From: a virus | Direction: 5' to 3' (one strand) | Virus genome (UHGV): UHGV-1370646 | DNA: 48,356 nucleotides | Shown here: in pieces, positions 47,730-48,356 of the stretch | Layout of the letters: every line of letters starts with the position of its first letter | Position numbering within the stretch: position 1 is the stretch's first letter | The notes under the pieces: model-generated | The model's database searches: none | Told to the model about the DNA's origin: nothing | The model's input: only the letters and a program-made list of their open reading frames with translations | Program-made: the position numbers and the translations under genes

Positions 47730-48046
47730 TGGGATTCCCTTCACCCGCGACGGATTACGTCGAGCAAAGGTTGTCTGTTAACTCGATCTGCAATGTCGGC
47801 CCTAACACCCGCGTTTTCGAAAGGGATGGCGGTTATGTCGTAGTAGATATTGGGCTTAAACCCAAGCAGGGAAGCCAGCTCATTATTTTATACGATGGCA
47901 GGTCTGAGCTTGCAAAGCTGATGGGGCGATCGCTTATAACCGAAGATGGCGAAGCGATTGAAGGCGAGGCTCTGGATGATGTCACTGTCGCCGGCGTCGT
48001 GACACATATCATTTGTGATGTGCGAGGCGATAGCCTGGCGGTTTAA
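47729..48046 (+). CDS. UmuD-like protein (LexA/UmuD S24 fold). The catalytic-serine motif appears to be absent.
   Basis: Start MGFPSPATDYVEQRLSVNSI, near-identical to the UmuD N-terminal motif GFPSPAADYVEQRIDLNQL. The C-terminal VAGVVTHIICDV parallels UmuD VFGVVIHVVK. ERDGGY replaces ASGDSM. Confidence 0.6.
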   Translation: MGFPSPATDYVEQRLSVNSICNVGPNTRVFERDGGYVVVDIGLKPKQGSQLIILYDGRSELAKLMGRSLITEDGEAIEGEALDDVTVAGVVTHIICDVRGDSLAV

Positions 48047-48356
48047 CCATGAAAGAGTGGTGCGCACCGAAAATTACATGATTAACTAGCGCGCTAATGA
48101 TGCGTCCTTCCGGTGATGAGGTAAACCGGGGATTTTGCGATCTGGATAGCTGCTCGCAGATTTTGGCATCTCAGGAGATGGCGCAAATGGAATCCTGATC
48201 CTGGAAGAAGTCGCGTGACGGGTGTGTCGTAGTTGTGGCGTGACAGGAATGCACGATAAAGACAGGGATGTATTCAAACGACACGAAAAGACACAAAACC
48301 GGATGCGAACGCGGAAAACATGTGTGATTACAGTGTGTTATTTAACGCTCTACTTT

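Noticed and set aside
48049-48356. attR / right prophage boundary and ORF 48086..48277
   Set aside because: No repeat of the tRNA 3' core (GGTTCGAACCC...) occurs here. The 63-aa ORF is a low-complexity nonsense translation. The prophage end is probably outside the window.

Overview
This window is almost entirely one temperate prophage from a GC-rich enterobacterial host. Its left end (attL) lies in the 3' half of a host tRNA-Arg(TCT) (argU-like, bases 1-46), and the right end (attR) is not inside the window.

Order from the left:
- Leftward early operon (minus strand): tyrosine integrase, excisionase, many small hypothetical genes, a TraR/DksA zinc-finger protein, a Dam-type N6-adenine methyltransferase, an Erf-like annealing protein, a long coiled-coil protein, and an AT-rich HNH-AP2 homing endonuclease.
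- Lambdoid immunity region: OL operators, a LexA-like cleavable cI repressor, OR operators, cro and a cII-like gene.
- Rightward early operon: a ParB-like protein, lambda O-like and P-like replication genes with origin iterons inside O, nin-region genes including YbcO-like and RusA, and antiterminator Q.
- Two phage tRNAs (CAT and Arg-TCT) plus two tRNA-like remnants, then the tR'-like terminator.
- Lysis cassette: holin, SAR endolysin, and Rz/Rz1 spanins (i-spanin / o-spanin).
- Packaging and head genes: TerS, TerL, portal, MuF-like protein, protease/scaffold and major capsid.
- A contractile-tail module: sheath, tube, a chaperone with a putative -1 frameshift, a tape measure with a lytic transglycosylase domain, baseplate genes, a Gly-rich fibre and a large fibre with an SGNH esterase domain.

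Several things are not explained by the core phage modules:
- The tail module is split by an AT-rich accessory cassette: two convergent membrane-anchored zinc-ribbon proteins next to a P22 immI-like mnt / arc / ant set. I rank this first as a candidate superinfection-exclusion or defence module.
- A chain of translationally coupled micro-ORFs encoding single-TM peptides sits in the pL operon and is absent from the ORF track.
- A LexA-box-controlled pair at the right edge includes a UmuD-like protein that appears to lack the catalytic serine.

All family assignments come from motif recognition by eye. No database searches were run.
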